Shown: positions 17,955-27,562 of the stretch, piece by piece
How positions within the stretch are numbered: the stretch's first letter is position 1
Layout: the number at the start of each line of letters is the position of its first letter
Assembly (NCBI GenBank): GCA_002684655.1
Contig: NYVR01000076.1
Span: 104 to 64,103 of the forward strand
Length of the DNA stretch: 64,000 bases
Direction: 5' to 3'
Source: Planctomycetota bacterium
GTDB taxonomy: Bacteria > Planctomycetota > UBA1135 > UBA2386
Program-made: the position numbers and the translations under genes
The notes under the pieces: model-generated
What the model saw: only the letters and a program-made list of their open reading frames with translations
Told to the model about the DNA's origin: nothing
Databases searched by the model: none

Positions 17955-18381
17955 CGAGCCGAGCGCGCGCGTGTGGCCCGCGGGATGATTTGTCATCGCC
18001 CCAGAAAGGGATCCGCCCGAGGCGAAATTTGTCATCTCGCCGCAGCAGCAGGAGGCCTGCCCGGTCCGCAAGCAGGCGGGGCATTTTGGCTGTCATAAAC
18101 GCGATGGTCTTGCCGTCGGGCGACCGCGGCCAGTCGTGACCGCGCGTCGCAGCGCGCGCGATCCGGTGTGGCGCCCAGGCAGAGGGCCTCACCGCCGGGG
18201 TCTTACGAAGTCTGCGGCGCCGAGTCCCTGCTGCAGCCGCAGGCGCCATCGCGGGCGCTCTGACGAGCCGCGCGGCTCGTCGGGACGCTCCCGGAACGAC
18301 ATCTGAGGTAAAGGCAGGCGCGGATCTGACCGATCTCCGCTGTGGGCTGGGAGATCCGTCCCAGCAAGAAGGACACCTGCG

Positions 18382-19608
18382 ATGCCGCTAAAGATCGACG
18401 ATTTGTTGCGCGCCATGGTCCACAGCGGGGCCTCGGACATGCACCTGAAAGCCGGCAGCGCGCCGGGCTTCCGCGTTGACGGCGAGATGCACCCGCAAGC
18501 GGCTTTCGGGACGTTGGCGCCCGCTGCTACCGCGGAACTAGCGCGCCAGATCATGTCCGATGAGCAGTGGGAGCGGTTCCTCGACGACAAGGACATCGAC
18601 TTTTCGTACGCCGTGCCCGATTGCGCCCGCTTTCGGGTCAACGCGCTCCACCAGCGCAACTCGGTCGCCGTCGTGGTCAGGCAGATCCCCGACCAGATCC
18701 CGGACCACAAGCAGCTGCAGCTGCCGCAGATCACGCTCGATCTCGCGTCCAAGCCGCGCGGCTTGGTGCTGGTGACCGGTCCGACGGGGTCAGGTAAGTC
18801 GACCACGCTCGCGGCGATGATCGACTACATCAACCAGACCGAGTCCGGCCACATCCTGACGATGGAGGACCCGCTCGAGTTCGTGCATAAGGACAAGCGG
18901 TGCTTCGTCACGCAGCGGCAGATCGGCCAGGACTGCGCTTCGTTCCGCGAGGGCCTCCGCCGCGCGCTGCGTCAGGATCCGGACGTCATCTTGATCGGTG
19001 AGATGCGCGACCTGGAGACGATCTCGATGGCCATCTCGGCGGCAGAGACCGGACACTTGGTGTTCGGGACGCTGCACACGACCAGCGCGATCTCGACCGT
19101 CGATCGCATCATTGACGTCTTCCCGACCGACGCGCAGCAACAGGTCCGCGTCCAGATGGCGTCTACGCTGCAGGGCGTGATCTCGCAGACGCTGGTTCCC
19201 AAGGTCGGCGGCGGCCGCGTCGCGGCCCGCGAGGTCCTCGTCGGCACGGACGCCGTTCGTTCGCTGATCCGAGAGGGCAAGTCTGCGCAGCTGCTAAACC
19301 TGATGCAGACGGGCAAGCAGTACGGGATGACCACGCTGGAAGACGAGCTGCTCACAGCATGTAGCCAGGGTTTGATCGCGCCGGATGACGCCGTAGCCAA
19401 GGCCAACCGCCCAGATGACGTTCGCCGACGACTCGGGGCTGCGCCTCAAGCTCAGCGTGAGCCCGCCGCTAGCGCGCCGCGGGCCGGCGCCGGGCGGGCC
19501 GCAGATTCCGGGGTAGCGTCAACGGGTGCGCCGCGTCCGCGTCTCAGCGGGGTGGTCGGCGGGGCCCGTCCGTCGGGCATCGGCGCGCGCGGGCCGCGCG
19601 GGCGCTGA
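18382..19608 (+). CDS. pilT: Type IV pilus retraction ATPase PilT with a ~60-aa Arg/Ala/Gly-rich C-terminal extension
   Basis: Walker A is GPTGSGKSTT. Other PilT motifs are ILTMEDPLEF, ILIGEMRDLETI, AETGHLVFGTLHT and AVRSLIREGK. The RBS aagaagga lies upstream. Confidence 0.85.
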   Translation: MPLKIDDLLRAMVHSGASDMHLKAGSAPGFRVDGEMHPQAAFGTLAPAATAELARQIMSDEQWERFLDDKDIDFSYAVPDCARFRVNALHQRNSVAVVVRQIPDQIPDHKQLQLPQITLDLASKPRGLVLVTGPTGSGKSTTLAAMIDYINQTESGHILTMEDPLEFVHKDKRCFVTQRQIGQDCASFREGLRRALRQDPDVILIGEMRDLETISMAISAAETGHLVFGTLHTTSAISTVDRIIDVFPTDAQQQVRVQMASTLQGVISQTLVPKVGGGRVAAREVLVGTDAVRSLIREGKSAQLLNLMQTGKQYGMTTLEDELLTACSQGLIAPDDAVAKANRPDDVRRRLGAAPQAQREPAASAPRAGAGRAADSGVASTGAPRPRLSGVVGGARPSGIGARGPRGR

Positions 19609-19618
19609 CCGCTGCGCC

Positions 19619-19963
19619 TCAGGCGGGGTCTCTCAGCGGTGGGAACGCGTGCTGCCCTTCGACGAGCGGCAGCGGCTTGTCCCAGGTGACGTCGCTGAGA
19701 CGTAGCTCCCGATAGAGGTGCGGGAACAAGTCGCCGCCGCGCGAAGGTTCCCAGCGCAGCGCGGCGCCGAGTTGGGTGGCCTGCAGGGCGAGCAGGTGCA
19801 GATCCTGGACCCCTTCGAAGTGCTTCTGCGCGGTCTCAACGACCTGCGCTGCGGTAGACAGATGGACGAAGCCGTCGGCGACGTCGACAGGCGCTCCGGC
19901 GATGGCGTGGTCACGCTGTAGCGCAACCCACTCTGCGGACCGCAGGATCTTGTAGACGAGCAT
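19619..19963 (-). CDS. DUF952 family protein
   Basis: The 114-aa protein starts MLVYKILRSAEWVALQ and contains DGFVHLSTAAQVVETAQKHF, both typical of DUF952. The start was trimmed from the 237-aa tracked ORF. Confidence 0.7.
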   Translation of the reverse strand: MLVYKILRSAEWVALQRDHAIAGAPVDVADGFVHLSTAAQVVETAQKHFEGVQDLHLLALQATQLGAALRWEPSRGGDLFPHLYRELRLSDVTWDKPLPLVEGQHAFPPLRDPA

Positions 19964-20089
19964 GAGGGCCGATGATCGCACCTCTGCGCCCGCGATCCAC
20001 GGTCGCATCGTGTGCTGCCCCAAGCGCGACGTGGTCGGTGCAAAAATCCGCATCCGGCGGGGGCCGGGATTCGTAGCCTGTCTCGCCCG

Positions 20090-22312
20090 ATGTCCGTGCT
20101 CCTCGTCCGTTTGCTGCTGCTCGCCTTGGCCGCCGGCGTCGCGACGACGCAGCAAGAGCGGACGCGGCGCACGTGCCGCGTCGGGCGCGTCGAGGTCCAG
20201 CATGCGCCAGCGATCGACGCGCGGCTCGACGAGCCTTGCTGGCAAGACGCCCCCGAGCTGGGAGAACTGGTCATGGTCGAGCCGTGGCTCGGCCGCAAGC
20301 CAACGGAGCAGACCGTGGTCAAGATGCTCCACGACCGCAACAACCTATATCTCGGGGTCTGGTGCGAGCAGGATCCGGCGACGATCCGCGCGACGCAGCG
20401 CGTGCGCGACGCCCGTCTAGACCCTGACGACCGCATCGAGTTGCTGTTTGACCCGTTCGAGAATCGGCGGACGGCGTATTTCTTCCAAATCGGCGCGGGC
20501 GGCTCGCTGGGCGACGCGATCGTCTCGGCGAACGGGGCGCGCTTCAATAAGCCATGGGACGCGCTCTGGCGGGGTCGCGCGCGTGTAACCGACGACGGCT
20601 GGGTCGCCGAGCTGGCGATCCCGTTCCGCAGCATCCCGCGCAAAGCAGGCGCGTCATCCTGGGGCTTCAACCTGAGGCGCGTGATACGCGACCGCAACGA
20701 GGAGTTTCAATGGGACAACCCCAGCCAGGCGGTGTCGTTCTTTCGGATCAGCGAGCTGGGGACGATGCAGGGGCTCGGGCAGGTCGACGCTGGGATCGGC
20801 TTGGAGATCGTCCCTTATTTCGCCAGTGGCCTGACCCGTGATCGCGCCGCTGCAAGCTCCGATTGGGACTTTGACCCGAACGTTGGCGGCGAGGTCTATT
20901 ACCGCGTCCTGCCGTCTTTGACCTTGGCTACGACGGTGCTGACGGACTTCGCCCAGACGGAGAACGATGGCCGGCAGATCAACCTCAACCGGTTCCCGCT
21001 GTTCTTCCCTGAGAAGCGCGACTTCTTCCTCGATGGCGAGAGCTACTACACGTTCGGCTCGCAGTTCGCCGGCGGCACACGCTTCTTGCCGTACTTTACG
21101 CGGCGGATCGGCCTGATCGACGGCGCCCCGGTCCCAATCCTCTGGGGGGTCAAGCTGCAGGGTGAAGCAGGCCCGTTCGAGGTCGGGATCCTCGACGTCC
21201 AGGTCGACGGTACATCCGGCACGAGCAAGGAGAACCTCGCCGTCTCCCGCGTGAAGTATGCGCTCGGAGAGCAGACGACGGTCGGCGTGATTGGGACCAA
21301 CGGGGATCCGCAGAGCGGCGGCACCAACTCGGTGTTCGGCGTCGACTTCTATCACCGGATCCCGGAGTTCCTCGGGGATATGGATTTGCAGATCAACATC
21401 GACGCGGTCGGATCGACCGGTAATCAGGTCCGCACGGTCGGATCCAGCGGCGCGCTGGTCGACGACGACGGCGAGGCGTTTGGCGTCGACCTGCAGGCAC
21501 GCGGCCAGGAATGGAGCGCGCAGGCCGGCACGCGGTGGGTGTCTGATGACTTTGACCCGGCGCTCGGCTTCGTCTCGCGGCGCGGCATCCGGCAGTCCGA
21601 GCTCGAGATCGGCTATCGGCCCCGTGTCGCGCCAGGCAGCGCAGTGCGCCGCTACCTGTTTGAAGCGAGCGTGCGCCGCGCGGAGCGCTGGGACGGCGAG
21701 CCGCAGGAGGTGCGTTACCGCCTCGATGAGCTCGGCATACAGTTTCAGAACGACGATCGGATCACCTTCTCGATCGACCGACGCCTCGAGCGCGTCTTCG
21801 ATGACTTCGACCTCTTTGAACGAGCTGGTGAGCAGCCGCGCGCGACGGTGCGCGAAGGTGATTACTGGAACACTCGTTCGACGCTACGCTTTAGCGCTAG
21901 CGAGGCGCGAGCGGTGAGCGGCGAGGCGCGGATCGGCCGCGGAGACTTCTTCGGCGGCGAAAGCACGACCGGCTCGGTCGAGGTCGACTGGCGCGCGACC
22001 CAGCTGCTGCAGCTGGGCCTCGAATACCGCTCAACGGACGTGGACCTCGGCGACGACGGCAGCTTCACCACCCACATCGCCTCCAGCACGGTCGACCTGT
22101 TCTTCTCTCCCGAGCTCAGCGTGCGCAACCTGATGCAGTACGACAATGAGTCGAACGCGATCGGGTGGCAGAGCCGGTTGCGGTGGATCTATGAGCCTGG
22201 TCGGGAGTTCTTCTTCGTGCTCGGGACCACGTGGCAGCGCACCGAAGACGAGTCGATCATCCCGACGGATCAGGCGCTCAACGTAAAGATCGCCCACACG
22301 CTGCGGTTCTAG
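20090..22312 (+). CDS. Secreted CBM9-like / DUF5916-type protein
   Basis: It has a signal peptide (MSVLLVRLLLLALAAGVATTQQ). The N-terminal motif IDARLDEPCWQDA...MLHDRNNLYLGV is followed by a long beta-rich C-terminal region. Confidence 0.55.
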   Translation: MSVLLVRLLLLALAAGVATTQQERTRRTCRVGRVEVQHAPAIDARLDEPCWQDAPELGELVMVEPWLGRKPTEQTVVKMLHDRNNLYLGVWCEQDPATIRATQRVRDARLDPDDRIELLFDPFENRRTAYFFQIGAGGSLGDAIVSANGARFNKPWDALWRGRARVTDDGWVAELAIPFRSIPRKAGASSWGFNLRRVIRDRNEEFQWDNPSQAVSFFRISELGTMQGLGQVDAGIGLEIVPYFASGLTRDRAAASSDWDFDPNVGGEVYYRVLPSLTLATTVLTDFAQTENDGRQINLNRFPLFFPEKRDFFLDGESYYTFGSQFAGGTRFLPYFTRRIGLIDGAPVPILWGVKLQGEAGPFEVGILDVQVDGTSGTSKENLAVSRVKYALGEQTTVGVIGTNGDPQSGGTNSVFGVDFYHRIPEFLGDMDLQINIDAVGSTGNQVRTVGSSGALVDDDGEAFGVDLQARGQEWSAQAGTRWVSDDFDPALGFVSRRGIRQSELEIGYRPRVAPGSAVRRYLFEASVRRAERWDGEPQEVRYRLDELGIQFQNDDRITFSIDRRLERVFDDFDLFERAGEQPRATVREGDYWNTRSTLRFSASEARAVSGEARIGRGDFFGGESTTGSVEVDWRATQLLQLGLEYRSTDVDLGDDGSFTTHIASSTVDLFFSPELSVRNLMQYDNESNAIGWQSRLRWIYEPGREFFFVLGTTWQRTEDESIIPTDQALNVKIAHTLRF

Positions 22313-22777
22313 CGCTGCAGCTTGTTGGTCCGTGCGTCGGCGCGCCGCTCGAGAGCAGCTGGCGTGAACATCTCCCGCATCCTCTGGGAGCGATCGTCGT
22401 GGGCCTAAGTCTGCTGCCGGTGATGGATGCGGCGCTTCGACGTGGCCATGGATCCGTAGGCAGGGTCGGTTGCCTGCGATGGTTACGGGCGCGCCTTCCC
22501 GAACGCGGACGTTGGTTAGAGCGCTGCGGTCCGATCGTGCCCGCGCGAGAGCAGCTTGCGAGGTGTTCGTTGCGCCGAAAGTCTCGCGCCGACACCCCCT
22601 CCCATCCGGATAGACGGGTTGACGTCCCGCCCGCGCCAACGGGTGTTGCCGTCGCCGGGTCTGAGGCGAACAGGCGCAGCAAGGACGCACCTATCGTCTA
22701 GGCGCAGCCAAGCGGCGTGCCCGCGTCGGAACGGCATATACTTCAGCATCGCGCGCGGGGCCGCGCGGACACCACCG

Positions 22778-23830
22778 ATGCGATTCCTACTCATGTCCTG
22801 GTTGTTGGCGACCGCGGCGACCGCGCAGTCCGTCGTTGTCGACGCGCCGAGCATTCCCTTTCCGACAAATCTCGACCGCCCCTTTGGCGGAGGCGTTGGG
22901 CGCTATCAGCAGTGGTACAGCGCCAATCCGACGCTCGCGGGCAGCATCATGGAGCCGATGCGGCTCACCCAAGTCGAGTTTCTGTGCGGTTCGAACAACG
23001 GCCAGGCGCCGCAACCGGTGACCGTCGATTGCGAGGTGCTCATCGGGCACGGCAAGTTCTCGGGTGTCTTCGGCCTCTTCGACAACAACTGGGACGAGGC
23101 GCCGGCGCAGGTCTTTGGCCCTGCTTCGCTGTCGCTGACCGTGGGACCGCAGGGCTCGGTGGCCTGCACCATCCCGTTCTCGTCTGCCTTCACTTGGGAC
23201 CGCTTCCGCCCGGTCCTGCTGGAAATCCGCATCACGGGGAACAGCCAGAACAATCAGTCATTCTTCTTCAACAACGCCGGCACGACGCAGCTGATCGGGC
23301 AAACCTCGCGCGTCTACAACAGCAACAGCGCCGGCGCAGTCAGCGGCGCGGTGCAGCAGGGGTGGGGCATGGTGACGCGGTTCACAGCACGGCCGGGCGT
23401 GATGCTCGAGTTCGGCGCTGGCTGTCCTTGTCAGGGCAACATCGTCCCGCAGAACTCTGCCGACCAGATCGCGTCTCCTGGGATCACGTGGGTCAATCGT
23501 CTGACCAGCGCGCCGTCGCAGCGAACCGCTTTTTGGGTGTTCGGCGACGACGCCCAAGCGCCGTATCCCATCGACCTTACCCCGTTGTTTGGCTTGCCCC
23601 CGGGCACCTGCAGATTGTTCATGAACCCGGTTACGGTCATGGGCGCAACGACGGTTGGAGGCGGCGCGGGCACGGGGCAGGCGCAGGTGTCGATCTTGAC
23701 GCCCGGAGCCACTGGTTACGTGGGCGCGTCGGTCTACACGCAATGGGTGGTCTTCGATCCACTGTCGATCAATAGTTTCCTGTGCGCGACGCCAGCGCTC
23801 TGGACGATCGTCGCGCCGATTGGTGGCTAG
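22778..23830 (+). CDS. Hypothetical secreted protein: a jelly-roll-like domain plus the recurrent Cys-module
   Basis: It has a signal peptide (MRFLLMSWLLATAATAQS). It looks homologous to the C-terminal ~300 aa of the 49185-51077 protein. Confidence 0.6.
   Translation: MRFLLMSWLLATAATAQSVVVDAPSIPFPTNLDRPFGGGVGRYQQWYSANPTLAGSIMEPMRLTQVEFLCGSNNGQAPQPVTVDCEVLIGHGKFSGVFGLFDNNWDEAPAQVFGPASLSLTVGPQGSVACTIPFSSAFTWDRFRPVLLEIRITGNSQNNQSFFFNNAGTTQLIGQTSRVYNSNSAGAVSGAVQQGWGMVTRFTARPGVMLEFGAGCPCQGNIVPQNSADQIASPGITWVNRLTSAPSQRTAFWVFGDDAQAPYPIDLTPLFGLPPGTCRLFMNPVTVMGATTVGGGAGTGQAQVSILTPGATGYVGASVYTQWVVFDPLSINSFLCATPALWTIVAPIGG
23408..23827 (+). other. Recurrent secreted-protein module, copy 1 (C-terminal)
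   Basis: EFGAGCPCQG...ITWVNRLTSAPSQRTAFWVFG...PLFGLPPGTCRLFMNP...GASVYTQWVVFDP...ALWTIV. Confidence 0.55.
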
Positions 23831-24055
23831 CAGCGCTGATCGCGCACCCGATCTCGTCGGATAAACCATGCGCGCGAAGGGCAGCTATCTACGCTGTCAC
23901 CGGCGCTTTCTTCGCGAGGCTGCGTTGGCGACAGGAAGCACGTCGGTCGACGGGAAAGCGCGGCTATGCTGATCTGTTGGTTCCGTACGAAGCAGCGCGA
24001 AACGTCTCGCGGCAACGGCAGCGGACACCACCAACCAGGAACCTCCTACAGAATC

Positions 24056-25057
24056 ATGATCTCTAATGTGACCCGATTCCTCGTCGCCGTCAGCTTGGCG
24101 CTGACCGTTGTTCCCGCGCAGCGCGAAGATGCTCCCGACCGTGCTGCGCTCGAGCGCCGCATGGCAGAGTCGGATGCAGCCCAGCGGCATGAGCGGATGG
24201 TCGTCATGATCGAGAAGCTCGCCTCGGGCGAACTCAACGCCTCGCAGCGCGAGCGTTGCAAGCGCGAGCTGCTCGAGATGATCGGCGACGAGCGCCGATC
24301 GCTCAGGCGAATGGCTCGGCGAGACCAGGGCCGCGAAGCGCGCGATCACGAAGAGCACGATCACGAAGAGCACGAGCACGAGGAGCGCGACCACGACGAG
24401 CATGGCCACGATGAGGGTGGTCAGCGTGTCCGCGAACATGAAGAGCACGTCGTGAGAGAGCGCGAGCACGAGGAGCACGGGCACCTTGAGCGTGAGCGTG
24501 AAGAGCATTGGGTGCGCGAGCGAGAGCACGAAGAGCGCGGACGTCGTGAACGTCAACGTGAGGAGCGTTGGGTTCGCGAGCGTGAGCAACACGCGCATGG
24601 TCATCACGAACATGAGCACCACGAGCGTGAGCACGAAGAGCGTGAGCACCACGAGCGTGAGCACGAAGAGCGTGAGCACCACGAGCGCGAGCACGAAGAG
24701 CGTGAGCACCACGAGCGCGAGCACGAAGAGCGTGAGCACCGCGAGCGTGAGCACGAAGAGCGTGAGCGCCGCGATCGTGATCACGAAGAGCGGGAGCACC
24801 ACGAGCGCGAGCACCACGAGCGTGAAGAGCACGGGTACATGCAAGAGATGGGTCGAGTCGCTGAAGAGCTCTTCGAGGCGCTGGAAGAGATGCGCGGGCA
24901 ACTCAACGCCCTTCGCGAGCACGTGCACGAGCTCCAACAAGCGCTCGAAGGGCGAGGAGGAGAGCGTCGCCAGGGTCGTCGTGGCGGTGCCGAGCGACGC
25001 GGCCCAGAGGCGCGGCAGCAGCGTCGCCGCGCCCCGTCGTCACGCCGTCGTCGGTGA
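24056..25057 (+). CDS. Secreted His/Glu/Arg-rich repeat protein, possibly a periplasmic metal-binding or chaperone-like protein
   Basis: It has a signal peptide (MISNVTRFLVAVSLALTVVPAQ). A helical N-terminal segment is followed by ~200 aa of HE(E/H)RE-type repeats. The helical C-terminus ends in an Arg-rich tail. Confidence 0.65.
   Translation: MISNVTRFLVAVSLALTVVPAQREDAPDRAALERRMAESDAAQRHERMVVMIEKLASGELNASQRERCKRELLEMIGDERRSLRRMARRDQGREARDHEEHDHEEHEHEERDHDEHGHDEGGQRVREHEEHVVREREHEEHGHLEREREEHWVREREHEERGRRERQREERWVREREQHAHGHHEHEHHEREHEEREHHEREHEEREHHEREHEEREHHEREHEEREHREREHEERERRDRDHEEREHHEREHHEREEHGYMQEMGRVAEELFEALEEMRGQLNALREHVHELQQALEGRGGERRQGRRGGAERRGPEARQQRRRAPSSRRRR
24614..24832 (+). 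repeat. In-frame tandem array of about 7 copies of a 30-bp unit (gagcaccacgagcgtgagcacgaagagcgt), encoding EHHEREHEER
   Basis: Units were read at 24614, 24644, 24674, 24704, 24734, 24764 and 24794. The first four are nearly identical and the later ones are degenerate. Confidence 0.85.
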
Positions 25058-25059
25058 GG

Positions 25060-25917
25060 TCAGCGCGACTTTGCTGCGGCGATCTCGGCTGCGGTCAGGT
25101 CTCTGCCGAAAGGGTCGGCCTCACCCGCTCGTAGCCGGCGGAGCACCGTTGCAGCGAACAGGTTCGCGGGGTTGGTCTTTACGGCGCGGCCGAGCCACGC
25201 GACGGCCTCTTGTTGCTGGCCGAGCTGATGACAGGCCATGCCGGCAAACATTTGTGATCGGTCGTCGCGCTCGTCCTTCGCCGCGAGTTGGAAGTGTTCC
25301 AGCGCGGCTTGAGCGTCGTGGCCGAAGAGCCTGGGCGAGAGCAGCTTCTTGATGCCCAGCGCAAACTGAACGTCCGCGGCGGCTTCGTCGCGCTGTGAGG
25401 CAGAGTCCAAGGCTTTGCTAACAGCGTGGGTCAGGCGCAGCGCAGAGAGCAGCCCGGTGATCTGTCGGCTCAGCAACATCGCTTCCACGCAGTAAAGGGA
25501 CGCTGAGTCGTCGCCGCGGATCCTGGCCTGTTCGACAGCCTCCAGACCCTCCCGCAGATCTGAAGCGAAATCGGGGGGCAGCTCGTCAAAGGCAGGTTCG
25601 CCGACTCGTATGCCGCGCGTGAGGATGCGCTGTTGCGCGCTCTCCAAGTGTGCCTCGGCGAGCCGGTGCCACGCCCAAGCGTCGGTCGGTGCTTCTTGGG
25701 TCCGTTTGCGCGCCCCGGCGACCACCTCTTCGACCCTCGCGTGTAGGTAGCTCCGTCTAGCGCTCACCAGGGCTTCGCCCAGGGCTGCGGCCGCGTCGCT
25801 CTCGACCGCTGGAGCAGCGGGCGAGGCCTCGCTGCTCTCCGCAGAGAGCTGAGACCACGCGGAGGCGCTGACGCCGACAGCGGCGGCTGCGATGAGGATT
25901 GCCAGGGTGCGGCGCAT
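25060..25917 (-). CDS. Secreted TPR-like helical repeat protein
   Basis: It has a signal peptide (MRRTLAILIAAAAVGVSASAWSQ). The composition is all-helical, with TPR-like segments near the C-terminus. Confidence 0.5.
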   Translation of the reverse strand: MRRTLAILIAAAAVGVSASAWSQLSAESSEASPAAPAVESDAAAALGEALVSARRSYLHARVEEVVAGARKRTQEAPTDAWAWHRLAEAHLESAQQRILTRGIRVGEPAFDELPPDFASDLREGLEAVEQARIRGDDSASLYCVEAMLLSRQITGLLSALRLTHAVSKALDSASQRDEAAADVQFALGIKKLLSPRLFGHDAQAALEHFQLAAKDERDDRSQMFAGMACHQLGQQQEAVAWLGRAVKTNPANLFAATVLRRLRAGEADPFGRDLTAAEIAAAKSR

Positions 25918-26120
25918 CGAAGTGGGCAGGTCACGTCCGCTTATACGTTGCAGCGGGCGACGACGAAGGTGGACGAGAATATACGCGCCGTCGATTTCAA
26001 CGCCATGGGCACGCCGCGCGCGCGTCTGCCCGCCGAATTCGTAGACAAGTCGACGTCAGGTTGGCCTACTTTCATCGGTTCCTCGTTTCGCTGACCACGT
26101 AATCGCTTCGCGTCCAACTC

Positions 26121-26834
26121 TTGCGCCTTTTCGCCATCAGTGATCTGCACCTGAGCCTCGGCGTCGACAAGCCGATGGACATCTTTGGTGAGCAATGGGT
26201 CAACCACGCCGACAGGATGCGCGAGGCATGGGACGACATGGTCGGTGCCGAGGACTGGGTGCTCGTAGGCGGCGATATCTCATGGGGACTGAACCTCGCG
26301 CAGGCGCAGCCCGACCTCGACTGGCTGTGCGCTCGTCCGGGTCAAAAGATCCTCATCAAGGGCAACCACTGCACCTGGTGGCAGTCACGCGCCAAGGTTG
26401 AGCGCGCGCTGGACGACTCGGTGCGCTTGTTGCACAACAACGCGGTTCAGATGACGGACGGGACGGTGGTCGTAGGAACTCGACTCTGGGACCCGCCCGA
26501 AGCGCCGTGGGCCGACGACAAGGCTGAGGTGGTCTTTGCCAGGGAGCTAGAACGGCTCAAGCTCTCCGTCGCGGCCGGCAAGAAGCTCGGCGGATGCGTC
26601 GCCGGCGGTCAACGAACGATCGCGTTGGTTCATTATCCGCCGCGCTACTCGGACGGTCGAGAGACCGAAGCGGTCGGAATCCTGCGCGATGCATGTGTCC
26701 AGGCGTGCGTCTACGGCCACTTGCACGGCAAAGACCATAAATACGGATTCCAGGGAGAGTCCGGCGGCATCGACTTCTACCTCGCATCGGTGGACGCGAT
26801 CGACTTTCGCCCGATTGTCATCGACCTCGACTGA
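26121..26834 (+). CDS. Metallophosphoesterase (calcineurin-like)
   Basis: Motifs AISDLH, GGDISW, KGNHC, VHYPP and YGHLHG occur in order. The start is a TTG. Confidence 0.7.
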   Translation: MRLFAISDLHLSLGVDKPMDIFGEQWVNHADRMREAWDDMVGAEDWVLVGGDISWGLNLAQAQPDLDWLCARPGQKILIKGNHCTWWQSRAKVERALDDSVRLLHNNAVQMTDGTVVVGTRLWDPPEAPWADDKAEVVFARELERLKLSVAAGKKLGGCVAGGQRTIALVHYPPRYSDGRETEAVGILRDACVQACVYGHLHGKDHKYGFQGESGGIDFYLASVDAIDFRPIVIDLD

Positions 26835-26896
26835 GCGCGATCGCGACTAAGAGAGCCGCGGGGTGCGGTCCTTTCGGCTTTGCGACCTCGTCATTG

Positions 26897-27472
26897 TCAG
26901 CTGTCGATGCGCCCCGCGAGCCGGCGGCGGAGGCCTCGGCGCTGGCCGTTTAGCTCAATCGTGACGGTGAAATGCTTGCCGCCACGGTCCCTCACCAGGA
27001 CCTGCCAATGCTCGTCGCCGGAAGTGGCAGACACGATCTCGACGCGTTCGACGAAGCTGCCGCACTTTAGAGCCGTCGCTAGCACGGGCTTTGGGGCCTC
27101 CGTGATCGGGAGCGTTCGGCGCTGTTCAAGCACGTCTCCATCCGCGGTGACGAACAGCGAGCGATCGTGGGGCGTCGGTTTCATGAACCTCTTCTCGACG
27201 CGGTAGCCTCGCCCGCGCGCGTTTCGTTCGCTCGCGCAGAAGAGCAGCGTTCCGCCCGGCGCCATCTCTTCGCAGGTGCGCCGCGCAGCTGCCGGCATCG
27301 CGCGGAAGTCGACTGGGCTAGCGAGCGCCACGATCTCATCCCCGGATATGGTGATGCGCGTCGGCGCGTCGTCCGACGATTCGGCGATGAGATGTGAGGT
27401 GGTCGGGCCGTTGACTTCCGCACCTGCGCACCCAGCCACCGAGAACAGCAACACACATAGGGTCCGCCGCAT
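26897..27472 (-). CDS. Hypothetical lipoprotein
   Basis: It has a lipobox (LLFSVAGCAG). No recognisable family. Confidence 0.5.
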   Translation of the reverse strand: MRRTLCVLLFSVAGCAGAEVNGPTTSHLIAESSDDAPTRITISGDEIVALASPVDFRAMPAAARRTCEEMAPGGTLLFCASERNARGRGYRVEKRFMKPTPHDRSLFVTADGDVLEQRRTLPITEAPKPVLATALKCGSFVERVEIVSATSGDEHWQVLVRDRGGKHFTVTIELNGQRRGLRRRLAGRIDS

Positions 27473-27562
27473 GCCGTCACTGTGCGAATCTGCGAGGTAT
27501 AGGGCAAGGAACCATCTCTGGCCTTGTTTCCGGCGTTCGCCTGCTCAGACTGTTTGCCTCAA

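Noticed and set aside
17837-18381. A genomic island or integrated element at the tRNA gene.
   Set aside because: There is no integrase, transposase or phage gene on either side. I did not notice a repeat of the tRNA 3' end in the window. Flanking genes have the same GC and codon style as the rest of the window.
24614-24832. A regular 30-bp repeat array that could be mistaken for a CRISPR array.
   Set aside because: The units are directly tandem with no spacers, are in frame inside a CDS, and no cas genes are present.
23897-24940. A 347-aa minus-strand ORF with striking hydrophobic repeats (LVVLTLFVLT...), which looks like a multi-TM repeat protein.
   Set aside because: It is the exact antisense mirror of the His/Glu repeat gene: GAG/CAC/CGT codons read backwards give L/V/T. 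The plus-strand frame has a signal peptide, an RBS-like sequence and non-repeat ends, so only the plus-strand gene is called.
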